A stretch of 64,000 nucleotides of DNA. Origin: Psammoneis japonica. Lineage: Eukaryota. Shown here one piece after another: positions 50,918-63,935 of this stretch; the first letter of the stretch is position 1, and every line of letters begins with the position of its first letter. The stretch spans positions 183,330 to 247,329 of the forward strand of contig QPGO01000032.1 of NCBI GenBank assembly GCA_008632985.1, in the 5' to 3' direction. Under the pieces are notes generated by a model that was given only the letters and a program-made list of their open reading frames with translations, did not search any database and was not told the origin of the DNA. The position numbers and the translations under genes were made by a program.

Positions 50918-53660
50918 TGGCATCCAGCAAGAAAAAGAGCACTGCTGCAGGAAAGAAAAAAAGCGGTTGTCCCATTAAAAAGAGAGTTGACAATGCTCTC
51001 ATTCTTTTGACAGCACATGTCTTGGTGAGCTCTGATGGGAAATGGCCAAATGCGGGAGACATTCACCGTGTGCTCCAGAACAGTGGCATTCCATCTGGAA
51101 CAACCAAAAGTGACACATCGGATGCAATCCAGAAGGGATCTGGATCCAAGGGCTTGGTTGCATTTGCAGAAAGGCCAATGACAATGAAAGGTGCTGCCGT
51201 TCATTAAAATTTGAACCCAACCCCAATGCGCCCGAATCTCAAGCCGACACTCAAATTGAATCATTCCGGATCGACTTGTTGGCCTGTGGTCTGCATGATT
51301 CCCTTGTTGAGTCCATTGATGCTCACATTGCACAATCTGCCACAAAGTCATGCACAAGGTGATGCCACTGCCAAGGAGAAAGCTCCGGTTGCACCTGTTG
51401 CCGATGAGCTTCATGTTGACTGACGCCATGCCGTGGTTGGGGTGGAGAGAAGTGCAAGCAAGCAATGTTGATGTCTGTTCAAGACAACTTGGAGAAAATG
51501 AAGAGCGGTCCGGAGATCATGCTGTGTCCCTTGCTCAGACACCAGAGAAGATTCCGCTCTCTAGTGCATTCGCCCACAGAAAAGACTGTTCCGAATTTTA
51601 CATTGATCGTTCTTCGCCAGAGGAGCTTGTGATTCGGTCTTCAAGTTGCATCTCCAGTTGCAGCAAATCCAAACTGTGTTGCAGCTGCAGTGCATTGTCA
51701 AAGTCAATGGCGTCTGTTCAGCATCAGATGAACAAGCCCCGCCCCATCAAGCCTGACATGCATCTGAACAGCATGGCGGTGCACATGCTGGGAGCAGATG
51801 AGACAGCCAATGCAACAAAGACTGTCAGAGCTCATGCCAAGGCAGAGAAGAATCGACTCAAACTTCGAATCAAGCGGCTTAAAAGCAAGATTGAATCAGC
51901 TGAGACAACGGAGGAGGTTGACAATCCAACGGACATAAGATTTTGAAGGATGCGATGGAGACAGCATTGCGGATCGCAAAAGAGAGGTTTGGTGAAGAGT
52001 CCTTGCAGTGTCATGTGCTTGCAGCACAATTTGAAGTCATCCAAGGGAAACGATTCAACAAGGATGGCACGGTGTTGAAAGGCATTCGGTGTTCGCCAGA
52101 GGTTCTGTCGCACTCTCTCTCATTGCTTCGAGATGCGAATGGTCGGGTCTACGAATCCCTTCAGAAGGTGCTGCACCTGCCCGATCCAAGATGCATCAGG
52201 AAGGCAATGGCAGATTTTGTTGGGGACACTGAGGATGGGCCGTGCTTTGAAATGATTGGCACAATGAAAAATCAACATGAAGAGTGGTCGAACAAACCCC
52301 GGCAAGTCTTCAGGATGGAACGACGTTGTGGTTGCATTTGATTCCATGACTTGTCTTCTGGCATGATGTTGGCCGTCGCAACAACAAGAAGAATCAGACA
52401 GCCGGTGCACTTCTGCCTGAGAACATGGACATTGCCAATCAGCTGTTTGATGGCTTCATGCACAGGTTGACGGAAGAGAAAGGACTGCATGGCAAGGGAA
52501 ACAAGATGGAGAAAGTTGCGGAGTCGCCAGTGTTGAACAAAGAACACAGTGTTTGTCATGCTGCATCAATGAACCCGAGTTGTGACATGAGCTTTATTGC
52601 TGGAGTGCACAACATGCCATCGATCAAGGCAAGTGACATCTCGATGCAAATGGATCAGGTTGCTGTGGCACTTGCAGAAAACGGAATTATGAAGCGGATG
52701 GAGGTGTCGGATTGTGCCGGGGCGAATGTTTTCTGCACCAATGGATGGTGCAACAAGCCAGCCAATGAATGCATTCCGCAAGATGTGTTGGAGCGGCACG
52801 GGCAGATGGAAACTGCATGATTGCTTGTGAATCTTACGTGGACGGGGAGCCCGTGTTCAGTGTGGACGACATGCCACACTTGTTGAAGCGCACTGGGAAT
52901 GCAATGAGAAACAAACCTTTGTCTTGGACACCCGACAGGGGACGACCAATGGATCTCTCAATGTTGGGTGACGTGCATGAAGCCGTCGGTCTTGTCGAGA
53001 TGAGTTTGCACTGGCTGAACATCGAAACCTGAGTCCAAGCATTTTCGACAAGAAAGCGTCCCGTGCTCAGTGCATGAAGGTCAAGCCTGTGGCTCGTGTG
53101 TTGAGCAATGCCATGGTCAAAGCAGTTGACCAAGTGTGCAGCGACCCAACCATTGATTTCCCAAAGGTCCCTTTCTCACAGCACACTAATGTCTTGAGCA
53201 AGGCAAGGGAGTTGTGCTGCAAAATGAATCGTTGGTTTGACATTTGTAACTCACGCGATCCTGCAAAAAGGGACAAGGATTGGAGGGTTTGGGCAACTCC
53301 AAGAAATGGGAAAGCCATTGCAGATGAGCTGCTTGGCACCCTCAAATGGATTGAAGAATGGCAGGAGTCATAACGGGGCCTGATGGGCTGCAGAGAAAAA
53401 GCACTGCATTCCAGATGAGACGCCAGACAGTTTCAGGCGATGCTGCCACGGGTTTGCATCCCTGATGTGCCATCACGTAATTGGCAAGAGATGTTCCACT
53501 CTCCTCTGCCGCATCAACCAAGATTGTTGCGAGCACCATTTTGGCCATGTCCGTGGTGCGTTTGGCAACACCAGCCATTCCACCACGGCACATGCCATGC
53601 ATGTACCAAGGGCTCGCATTGGAAAAAAGCCGTGATGGCGAGCGACAAGCAAAATGTAAC
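50918..53660 (+). pseudogene. P-element/THAP9-like transposase relic
   Basis: SPEVLSHSLSLL…VYESLQKVLHLPDPRCIRK, VVVAFDSM, VSDCAGAN, DMPHLLKRTGNAM, MKVKPVARVLS, MNRWFDICNSR and INQDCCEHHFGHVR are the P-superfamily motifs in the expected order. Confidence 0.88.
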
Positions 53661-53773
53661 GCTCGAGCCCCGGAAACGTCGCAGAATGGAACAATCTATT
53701 TTATGGTAATTGATGTTGTGGCGGTGTTATTTTTTTGTACATTGCAGTAGGAAAGTGTGTGCAGAGTTGCAAT

Positions 53774-56303
53774 TCACAACTTCGCATCCTCGTGTGCTGC
53801 AGCTACGCGAGTTCGCGTTGCCAACCTTTCAGCGTTGCTGATCGGCCTTGAATTGCAAACAAGTTTCAATGAGTCACTGGATTTGAGTGCAGAGTAACAA
53901 CTTAACAGGAAGACATGGCACATTCGCCATGTTCCCTTTCTCTGTTTTAAGTCGAAGGAGGGCGGCATACATTTCAAAAACTTCTGGCGCAAAGGTGCGC
54001 TTTTTCGGGCCGTTTCCAAAATCCTCTTTAGTGTTTGTCCTCGGTGATGAATCACTTGTCTAGCATTGAAATTTACCATGAACATTGCCTCCAAAAGGCA
54101 CATGAATGCAAACCAGCTTTCGCCGCTTTGTCGTAATGCCCCGGGTTTGTAATCTTATCGTCAACAATGCGAGTTGGCATCTTGGCATCGCGCGCAGCCT
54201 CCAGGCTCACAGTGTTGAAAGCTACAAAGGCAAGAAGAGTTTCTTTGTCTGCTCCTCTCAATTTGACATCACGTGCTTTGTTGATCAACCACCCCGAAAC
54301 ATGACACACCGTGTGACTGGCCCCGCCACCTCTCAGACGATCGACATTGTTGTGTCGTCTACGTCATCATCCATTGCCGTCTCAGTTTGTTTGTAAAGAT
54401 AAGATTCCCATGCTTCATACAAGTTTTCATGCAAGCGCCCAAAATATGTTCGCACCAAAACAAAAGATGGGTCACTCCCTTGCAGGAAGTTTTCAACAAC
54501 AAACTTGACGAATCAATGCGCCTGTCTCGCTTTCTCCATGCAAGTGCTTCTTCAACCCGTTTGTCAACAGTGTTTGGTTTTGCTTGATCTAGTGTCCAAC
54601 ACAACTTGCGAGAAAATACACCAATTTCAGAATGTAAACATTCTTTGAGAGATTCACTTCGAGCAATTGCATCGAGCCTCACACTGTTGGCAGTTGATGC
54701 CGAGGCTGTTTTTGCCAGGGCGTCTTCAACACATTTTGATGCATCAATTGCTTTCACAATTTCATCAATTTCACATCCATCATGTTTGCAGACAGGAAGA
54801 GGAACAATGCCCTTTGATTGTTTGAACTTGAGCCACCGCTGAGAACAATGCCGTCGGTTCTGAAGAATGCACAGAGATCGCAAGAGAACGTCAAACTCCG
54901 TGTCGTCGCCTTTCCTTGGCAAGTTCTGTCGCAATGTCCACATCCGGGCATTTGATCGATCATAAACTCACATTTGAAAAAACTTGTCCAGCTGTTCCCT
55001 GCATTCTGCACAATTTGGTGGCTCCTCTGAAGCAACAAGAGGGGGGACGGTGTCAGGCGGCACCTCGGGTGCTGCCATCTCATCCGATTCTGTGGCGTTC
55101 GACACCCACTGATTCACTTGGGCAGAAGCTTCACTCTCAATATCGGGTGGAATATCATCATATTCTTCAAAATCATCCTCTTCTTCAAATTCTGAAGACG
55201 AATCAGCTGCCGGTACAGTCGTCATCGTAAAGAAACAGCTCTCGCTTCAGTGTCGGAGGGAGAAATAAAATTCTCAGATTGCACGTAATTTCAGTGCTGA
55301 AACACAAGTAGAAAGGACAGCAAAAAGACGTGCAGGCCAACCCACATTCACAAAATGGGACTCTCATGGAGGCCCACCCCTGTGGCAGGGGAGCTGTGTG
55401 TGTGTGCGTGGTTGTGCGCACGGCTTTGCCGTGCGTTGAGTTTTAATGTCAATGTCCACACGGCAAGTGCAAAAAGGGAGTGGCACAGCGATCCCACACT
55501 GCACTTGCAGGCACCCAAACTCCATCGTTGAGGCAGAGTTTGCCAAAATAATTTGGAACTCTGTCGATGACATCATGAGCTGTGACAGAGTCAATGTCCC
55601 AGCGGAGCTCCCATCCTTCTTCTTGGAGACGTGTGGCGACTGTTCCGATCCATTCACGCTGCTCCTGAAATGCTCGGAGGTCCGCAAGATCCTGTGAGCC
55701 TGGAGTGCATTCGTCGAGTTCATCCTGAGGGCATTTGTCAGGATCATTTTCATGGAGCAAAGACAACAAACGTTGGCAGTCTTTGTCAAGAGTCTTTTCC
55801 TGAGGGTGCCGATGCACGCCAATCTTGCAAGTAACGCCATTGCTTGGGTCACACCCCAACTCAAAAATGTCATGTTCATCATAATCAGAGTCTTTGTCGT
55901 CATCAAGCGTGGCAACAGACGACGCCATTTTGTTGGCCACAACACCCAAAAACGCCTCTGAAGCAGCAAAGCCATCAGTGCACCGCTCCCAGCAGTTGCG
56001 GTTCGTGTCTGGCTTGGCATCTTCTAAATTACACACCCTGATGTCAAAGTCATTCGGCTTGGTGTCCACCTGTGTGCAGGCGCGGCCCCCGAGAACGACC
56101 TGCCACTTGAGATTCGGACCCATGACGGCCAGGGATGTGGGATCCACCACATCAGAAAGAATGCCATCACTGCCAGTGCTCTTCTCCGTCAACGACGATT
56201 TCCTCATCCACACACCCGTGTCTCGGGATGATGATGTTGCAGACAGGAAGCGATGGAAACCACCAGCGCGAAACGAATGGCTGATGCCGAGACGACACAA
56301 CAT
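53774..56303 (-). pseudogene. Decayed ORF(s) convergent with the P-like transposase, probably the same element
   Basis: Minus-strand pieces 55449-56303, 54968-55225, 54359-54943, 54073-54309 (CHVSGWLINK) and 53774-54103. Protein-like and partly TA-depleted. Confidence 0.5.
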
Positions 56304-56615
56304 TAAAAATGTGGAGGGATTGCAGCACCTTCAATTGTCAAAGGCAAAGCAATGATCAAAACGGGAGCAGACAGCCAAACAAAAAATGGTTTCGCGATCG
56401 ATTTTGCCATCGCCAAAATTCATTGCGTTCGTCCGTCGCATTGGCACAAATTTACGTAGATTCTACGTGCTTGAGCTCTGGCGCCTGTAAGATCGGGTTT
56501 TCAAATTGTCGTAGAAAGCTGCGTGTTTTTACTGCCAGGGTGCCTGCACAAGCTCTCTCGCCATTTTTGAAATCTTGCTGTTGTTGTTAGACTCTTTTTT
56601 CTCTTTGTGACCATT

Positions 56616-56881
56616 GACGTCCATTTGTGCCTCATGACATTTGCGACATGCGTTTGTCAATGTTCGATTTCTGTGGCCCCGAATTGTTTGCACGTGCGGC
56701 CCTCAAATTGAAGACATCTCAAACACTTGTCGAAAAACACTTGTTGAGACGTCTGTTTGTGCCTCACGACATTTACGACACGCGTTTGTGAATGTTCGAT
56801 TTCTGTGGCTCCGAATTGTTCACACGCATGGCCCTCAAATTGAAGACATCTCAAACACTCATCGAAAACACTCATTGAGAC
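56616..56881. repeat. Tandem duplication, 132-bp period
   Basis: gacgtc..tttgtgcctca…aatgttcgatttctgtggc…ggccctcaaattgaagacatctcaaacact starts at 56616 and again at 56748. Confidence 0.92.
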
Positions 56882-57899
56882 ATTCGTCTTCTCACCTTTT
56901 CGAAATTCAAAGTGCAGCAATCACAACCAGTTCATCTGTGTTCATCACGAGGCTGGTTGTCAACTTAGTTCTGATTGCAAACTGTTGGCTCACACGCTTC
57001 CTCTGCGACAAAGTGTTCTCAATCGAACCAGCAACGTTCTCAGGAACTTCAAGACCTCATCATGGCGGATGCTGACGCGCTTGCTGATGCCATCGCACAA
57101 GCCATCCAGGCGGCTGTCCAGCCGACTGTGAACAACATGCTGCACACTTTTTGTGTGTTTGGCTTGTTGTGAGGCAGTGATGGTTTCTAGTTCGGGATGC
57201 AAGAACCAATGCAAGAAGGGTGTGCAGGTTGGTTTCGAAGCGTCGTTGTCTTGCTGCTGTTTGTTGGCTTCTTGCTGCTTGATTTTTGAATGCACATGAG
57301 GTGCACTGCCAGAGCGGCCAAGGCAGTGACTGTTGCGATCGCAGTCAGTGTCACAGCGGTCATTGCCGTGGCTTGGTTGTTCGCATTGCTTGTTTTGTCT
57401 TGTTCTTCTCCTTCGTTGTGATCATTCCTTGGATGCACCTGCTGGGCTGTGAGCAAGCTCAGACCACCAATCAACAACAAGAAAGTGCCCGCGAGAAACC
57501 ATTGCAGACTGTCCGCGGCCGGAAGAGCACAGCCACAGCAACCGCAACCACAGCACTTCATTCTTTTTTGTTCTCTTGTCTGTGAGAGTGTTTGTTTGGA
57601 AGCAAGGCACGACAGTGGGAGAGAAGTGACACAACAAACACACAGCAATGGCTTCAACGTCTTGTGACTGTGTTTTGGCGATTCCAAATTTCGGGTGTGC
57701 CACGAAAAAACTGGTTGTCAGCCAGACGTGCTGACTCGTGATTTTGGCGTGAACCTCAACCCGATCGATGATGATGGATGAGAAGCCCACAGCCCCTGCA
57801 AACCGTGTCACCAAACTTGACACAATTGTTCTTCGCACTCTCAATTCATTGCACAAATTGCTGACATGACAAAATCAACAACCTCTCCCGGCCATGCAA

Positions 57900-60560
57900 G
57901 TCCTTCAAAAGGTGAAGCTGTGTTTCTCATCTAATCTGCATGGCCAGCAGAATGGTCTCCTCAGGCTCGTTTCTTTCTTTGCGACAAAAGGTGCTCGGAG
58001 AAAAACTCTTCGCCCCTGCACTCGGGGCAATCTCGTAGATTCTCATGCTGTGGTGCTTTGGATCCATGCTTGGTGGACCTCTGTTGATCTCCAGCAACTT
58101 GAGATGGTTGCAATGAATGGGTTCAGTTTGAAAATGGCTTGGGATCTCGGGTGCATTTCTTCCGAACAGTTTGTGCCACAGCTTGAGATTGCATCGACAC
58201 GTGCCGCGGAAATTCAAACTGTCGGTGAGCATTCGCTGCATGCCCATGTTTCCAAAATGAGCTGGCAGATGGTGAAACTTTTCCAATGAAGACTCGCCCT
58301 TTTCAGAAATGCATCGAGGTGGTTTGTGTTTCGATTGGGCAGATGCGAGTTTCTTGTGGCAGTCGCCAACAATCTCTGGCAGATGCTGAGCTTTTCCATC
58401 AACGCTCTCACTGCTTGTCTTGCTCCTTCCATGAACAGGGTTTTTCCATTGTCCAGCTCTCCTTGTCCTGCTGGCTCACCATCACTGTCACTCACTTTGC
58501 ATGGGCACCACCAGTCCCTCAACTTAATCCTTGCGAGCTCTCCTGGAACAGGAATCTTTTGGATGCACTGCCCACAGCGAAATCCAAGATCTCATCAGGC
58601 TGGTGGATGCAGCCATTCATTGTCCCGTCTCGCAGTGTTGCCACTGCGGCTGCTTCATCCGCTTGGTTCAGACTGCACAGGCAGCTCAAGAAAGAGCGGA
58701 GAGCTTTGTTGAAATCCTTGTGATCTTTCCGCATGAACTTGGTGACGTGCTGAATTGCATGGAACAAGCCAAGTTGACCAATTGTTGCAAATCCGTACAT
58801 TGTCTTGAAGAATGGATCAAGATTGGGCCATGCATCCATGTGCACATGCTTTGGGTTAAAGTTTGGTCATCTTGCAGTTTGCTCAACACCGTGGGCACTG
58901 TCTGACATTGCGGCAGAGTCAACAAGTCCAAGCCAGGTGATGAATCCCGCATCAGTTGACTGCTGGCACAAGCTTGAGTGCCCAGTGATGATGGGCAGTT
59001 GCTCAACATTGCGTGGGTGTGATTGAAGGCTGCAGAAGTTTTGCAGCCGCATGACTGCATTTCTCTCTTGTGACGGTCGTCGTCGCTCACGCCACACATG
59101 GTGAGATCAGAGGAGTTGGCTTCTTTGCAAAGATCTGGCAACTGAGCACTTGATGGCGGGCACTGTCCTCGCCACTCTTCAATTGATGGAAAGTCTGGAA
59201 AAGGTTTGTCCTTGCAACTCTTGTCAGAGCTGCAATGTGACAGTTCCAGTTCTTTGTGCCGATGGTTTTGACTTCAGAAGAGCGTTCGTGACACCCACTG
59301 TGCACCAGATTCTGTTAGAGTGGCCTCCTCCAGCAGAAAGGACACCTCTTTGTGAAGCAAGAAGAAGGATGGCTTCGAGCAATGCAAGGGATCTGCTGGG
59401 AAGCTTCAATGTGCGCAGTCTTGTAGAGAATGACGCAGCAGTCTACCATCACACGACTTGACAAACTCTCCACAATTAGAGCACTTGTGTGCAATGCCAT
59501 GCTCCCAACCCGCATGACCTTTTGTTCTGAAAATGGGCATCGCACTGCTTGCAAACCTGGTGCCGCCGCACTCTGCCCTCGTGTGCTCCAGAAATCCGTC
59601 CCACATGAAAAACACTTCAATGGCAAGTCTGGCATGTTCAGTTCCCACCGAGCCAAACATGTTGTTGAGCCTTGAATGGACTCATGCATTGGGTCGGGAA
59701 CTTCATTTTCTTTCCCACCCACCAACAACACCGTGAACGCAACATTTCCACACGGAAAGTGGTCGCGGCACCAAGAAATGCGTTGTTCACCTCCACCAAG
59801 CTTCTTGGCACCATTGGAGTTGGTGCAAACTCTTGGGCATTGCATGTGAATGAATTCCAGCAATGCCAAAATTGGAAGAGGCACTTTTCTGTTGTCTTGA
59901 GCGAGTTGCTCTTTCTCACTTGTGCTCCACGTTGACATCACAGCGGGTGTCGCTTTTTTAGATGCGACGCAGTCATTTTCTTGTGCAGCAACGGCTTCAA
60001 CACATCCTTGGATTCAACGCTGCTGAGAGCATCCCCAGCTGAATTGTTGTTGTTGCTGGGTGGATTAGAATCTGCTGAGGACTCAGACACATCAAAAAAC
60101 ACTTCTTGTGCACTTTCTGCACTTCCCTCTGGCAAAGAGAAAAAAGATCTTTCCAAAAGGCTCCTCAAATGAGATTGTTTCTGCAATCTTGTGGCAGTGC
60201 CACAAGGAAATCTGGCTCTACCTCTTTCAGAACTTGAGTGACAATTTTCTCTGGCAGCTTGTAATTTGAAGCATTTGGATTCTTGTGGCATGTGTCGTCA
60301 TGACCCTTCTTGCAACCCGGCCCTTTGACACACCGTTTGCACGTTTTCGTTCCGAAGTCAACCCGAGTTGTGACTTTTTCACAAATCTTCTTGCTTTTCT
60401 TGCATTGATTGCACCTCCATTTGAGTTCATCAGCTTTGTCAATTTCCTTTTTCTTTCTACGTCACTCCGCTTCACCCTCTTTTGTGCACTTGTTCAAGGG
60501 GTGGGGCATCAGCCTCGATGCATTTTGCTTCAACTCCTTCAGTCGCGAAGGACTTGACTG
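57900..60560 (-). pseudogene. Unclassified DNA-transposon transposase-like relic
   Basis: PKHVHMDAWP…LGLFHAIQHV and CISEKGESSLEKFHHLPAHFGN, an 'RGxSxLExFH'-type motif I associate with transposase-like ORFs. Heavily decayed. Confidence 0.5.
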
Positions 60561-62829
60561 GCTTTTTGGCCCCACCATTGTTTCAAGTGCAGGCATGGAA
60601 ATGAGAACGCAAAGGGGCTCTTGACAAACCCTTGTTGAAAAGGAAAGATGTTGATGAAGCATGAAGTGTGCACTTGCAACAACGATGAGGGTTGTTGTCA
60701 TGAAGAGCGTTCCAGAAAAAGGCCAAAAAGATGGCGCGCGACGACGACTGTCACACTTCTGCGGATTTTTTGTATGAGGGGGGGGGGGGATGTCACAGGT
60801 GCTTAAATGAGGCTGAATTTTGTGGGGGGCTTGAGCAAATGCACCCCCCCCCCCCGCAAAATCGGGCAAGGAGGGGTGTGTGACTCTGGAGAATCACCGC
60901 CACTGGTGCACGTGAGATTTGCAGGAAGGTTCTTGGCATCAACTGTGGAGAACCACAACACTGCTGAGAGGTGTTTGTGTGGCTTTCACAAATCAGCAGG
61001 TGGTGGGCCAAGGGGGAGGCCACTCCATTTGTCCCTCATGCAAGAAAAACGGCCACATCGGCCTGCTGCTGCTTTGGCACCTCAAACAAGCCAATGTGCA
61101 AGACAAGTGATTCACCTTGGCATGCGCCACTGTGCCATGACAGTTCAGCACATGTTGTGATTGCAAAAGGCAAAACAGAGACAGGGTCATGATGTTCTGC
61201 AGGCAATGCAGCAAGATGCGCGGCCTCACACATCTGCTGTGTGACAAAGGAGTGCACCTGGAGGCAGTTTCCAAACTGCTTGCAAAGTTGTGCTCCAAAA
61301 AATGCTGCCAGGAACATGCCAAAAGAGAGAAAACCAGTGCCAGGCAGCATGACAGGAGTCTCAACTGTGCCTCTGGAAGAGATGCAAGAGAGCCTTGCTT
61401 GCACTCACAAGAAGCACCACAAAGCCACTTGACTGCAGTTGGATGAGGAAGCAAAGAAGAGAGGTGCTCGCTGACTTCACACCAGTGCTTTGTTCAAAAA
61501 AGCAAAGCACCTGTGCCAGCAGTGCCACGACAGCTGCCCCATGCAAAAATTGGGGTCTGAGTGCTCAGTCGCAGAGAGACAGAGAATTTCTGTTGTGTGT
61601 GAAATTGTTGTGAGATCATTTTATGTAGAGCATGCGCATGTGCAACAGCAAGACACACTGAGCACGGAGTTCTGAGTCCTTGCACGGAATCAGTCACACT
61701 CGGCACTGCGCACATCCTGCGCAGACCCTTCATGCAAGGTGAGTCACTTGCGCGATGGCCAGTCGCGCCGGTCTCAGTCGTGTGGACCCCTGCAGCCTCT
61801 CGCAGGTCTCATGCTGCGAGTCGCATTTCCCAATCGCGCTTCTGCGGGATCAGCATCGCTGCGGACAGCCTGCAGACGCAGGAAAGCAGCATCAACCGCA
61901 ACGACGGCTACGCAGCGCAGGGATGCCTGCTGCACAGCACAATCTTCAAAGGCCTTGTTGCCCATGCAAACAAGATTGCCCAGACTGGGTGCAGCGCCAC
62001 ATTGTGCAAGACAGCCGTGCCCAGATGCAGAGCACAATTGCTGCACTCAAGCTGTTTGGCCAAAATCATCCATTGGAGATGATTTTCACTGACAAGACAG
62101 GAGCAGACAAACTCTTCCTGCTGCAAGAGGCTCTGCTGTTGCAGTGGTGCAAAGCCAGGCACAGCCCAGCTGCTTCAGCCCAGCCAAGCAATGATGAACA
62201 TTGTTGGAGCAAGTTAGATGAGGGTGTCAGAGAACCTGGAAACAGTTGAAGTCTGTGGATGTTTGTCTCCTGATGTGGCTGCCCGTCTGATGACGATGTG
62301 TTCTTTGTCATTGCACTGTCGTCCCCAAAATGAAGCATTCTCACTCTTTGTGGTGAATCATCTGGTCTGTCAACTGTTTTCATTGGTGCTGGGAAGCACC
62401 TGTTAAAACCAAATCCTTTTGGTGTGTGAAGTTACGTTGAATGATCTTCCAGGCAAAGAACCACAGCCGCACAAGCAGTGTGTGTGTCAAGAGTGGAGGA
62501 AGCTTTGTTTGCCACCATTGACATGTTGGTTCAACATTTGCTCCAAAGAGTTGTGAGCGTGTAAGAGACAGCTCACCATACGAAGTCTACATTCTCTCAA
62601 AGAAATGAGCAGCCTGCACGATGAGTGGCAGAGGAGCAAGCAATCCGCGCAAGAAAGGCCAAGACCAAAAGTGTGGCCAAGGCAGTGGAAACAAGAACCA
62701 CAAGTCTTCTGGATCAAAGCAGAAGACACACAGCAACAGGAGCTTTAACCCTGAAATAAATTCCATCCATCAATGATGAACAGCAACTCTTGCAACCCAA
62801 CGTTTGAAGATGTGAACAAGACGAAGATT

Positions 62830-63500
62830 GTGCATTGCATCCAGAAAGAGCACACACAAAAAGAAAGTGCTTGGCACTGTCACTTGAAGACATGAAGTGT
62901 CAAGACTTCTTGGGTGAAGAACCAACCTTGAAGGTGTCCAACGAAGCAAAGGGCTCACCAGAAGCAGAGCAAGAGAACAGACAGTTCGAATGTGAGCACA
63001 AGGCTGAACTTGGAGATCGCCAATGCAAGACAAAACAGCTCAAGGAGAACAAGAACAAGGCACTTGCAATGATTCTCAATGACTGCTGCACGAAATTAAT
63101 GAGGCAGAGAGTGCAAGCAGATCCAACCTGCAAGGCAATCAGGGACAATCCTGTTGAGCTGCAGCGTTCAAGGCCAGCAACATGGGGCCACACATGCTCA
63201 AACTGAGCAAGGAGTTCTTCGAGAACGTCCAATGGCTGCAAGAAGAAGAGTGACACACAAGTCTGAATGTGACAAAGATGAGGAAGTCAAGGCAGAAGAT
63301 GCCAAAACCCAGCAGTGAGTCAGGGGCCGTGATTCCATCTGCCAAAGAAAGCGCCAAGAAGGGCTGCACAAAACAGGAGATGTTGCAAGCAAAAGAGGCA
63401 CCGAGATTCTGTTGTGAAGCCAGCATCCCAAGCATGTGGGATTGCAAACATTTCTTGTGTTCTAATCAGGTGAAGAACTTGACCATTGCACCAGATGATG
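62830..63500 (+). pseudogene. Copia (CoDi-type) gag-like fragment
   Basis: QLKENKNKALAMILNDCCTKLMRQRVQADPTCKAIRDNPVEL resembles diatom Copia gag as I recall it. Confidence 0.55.
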
Positions 63501-63532
63501 CTGATTGAATGGCGGCCATTTGGGGTCCACCA

Positions 63533-63935
63533 GACGTGTTCCAGCTCTAGGTGGGACCTCGTACCACTGAACTGTGACATAATTATTTTTTATCATCCGT
63601 CGCATGTTTCGCACGTACATTTCTACGTGTTCTCTATTATAAAAAATTGTTCCACACTGCCTGTTTTGCGAAGCCAAAGGCTTTCTGTTACTGCATCTGC
63701 ACTTATGTCAATAAAAATGCGCTGGGTATATTCTTTAATGTCTAAAGAATATACCCGGGCATGCTGTAAAGAATGTACTTCAAGTGTGGAGGAGGAGATG
63801 CGTTCGCAAAATTGCCTCTTTTTCTGTTGGCGATCATTCATATATTCATTGCTTAATAATTTTACTACGGAGCTCGCACGTAGAATTCTACGGGCCCAAT
63901 GTCACAAAAAGTCCCACCTAGGACTGGAACCCGTC
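63533..63935 (+). mobile_element. 403-bp MITE (subfamily B), TSD ACCA; least mutated copy
   Basis: ~25-bp TIRs GACGTGTTCCAGCTCTAGGTGGGAC / GTCCCACCTAGGACTGGAACCCGTC, flanked by ACCA/ACCA. TA-rich, unlike its surroundings. Confidence 0.96.

Noticed and set aside
45644..63935. Classical RIP (CpA->TpA) as the explanation for differences between MITE copies
   Set aside because: Polarity is opposite: repeats are TA-poor, single sites show TA, TG and CA in different copies, and conserved Tyr codons became Cys/His.
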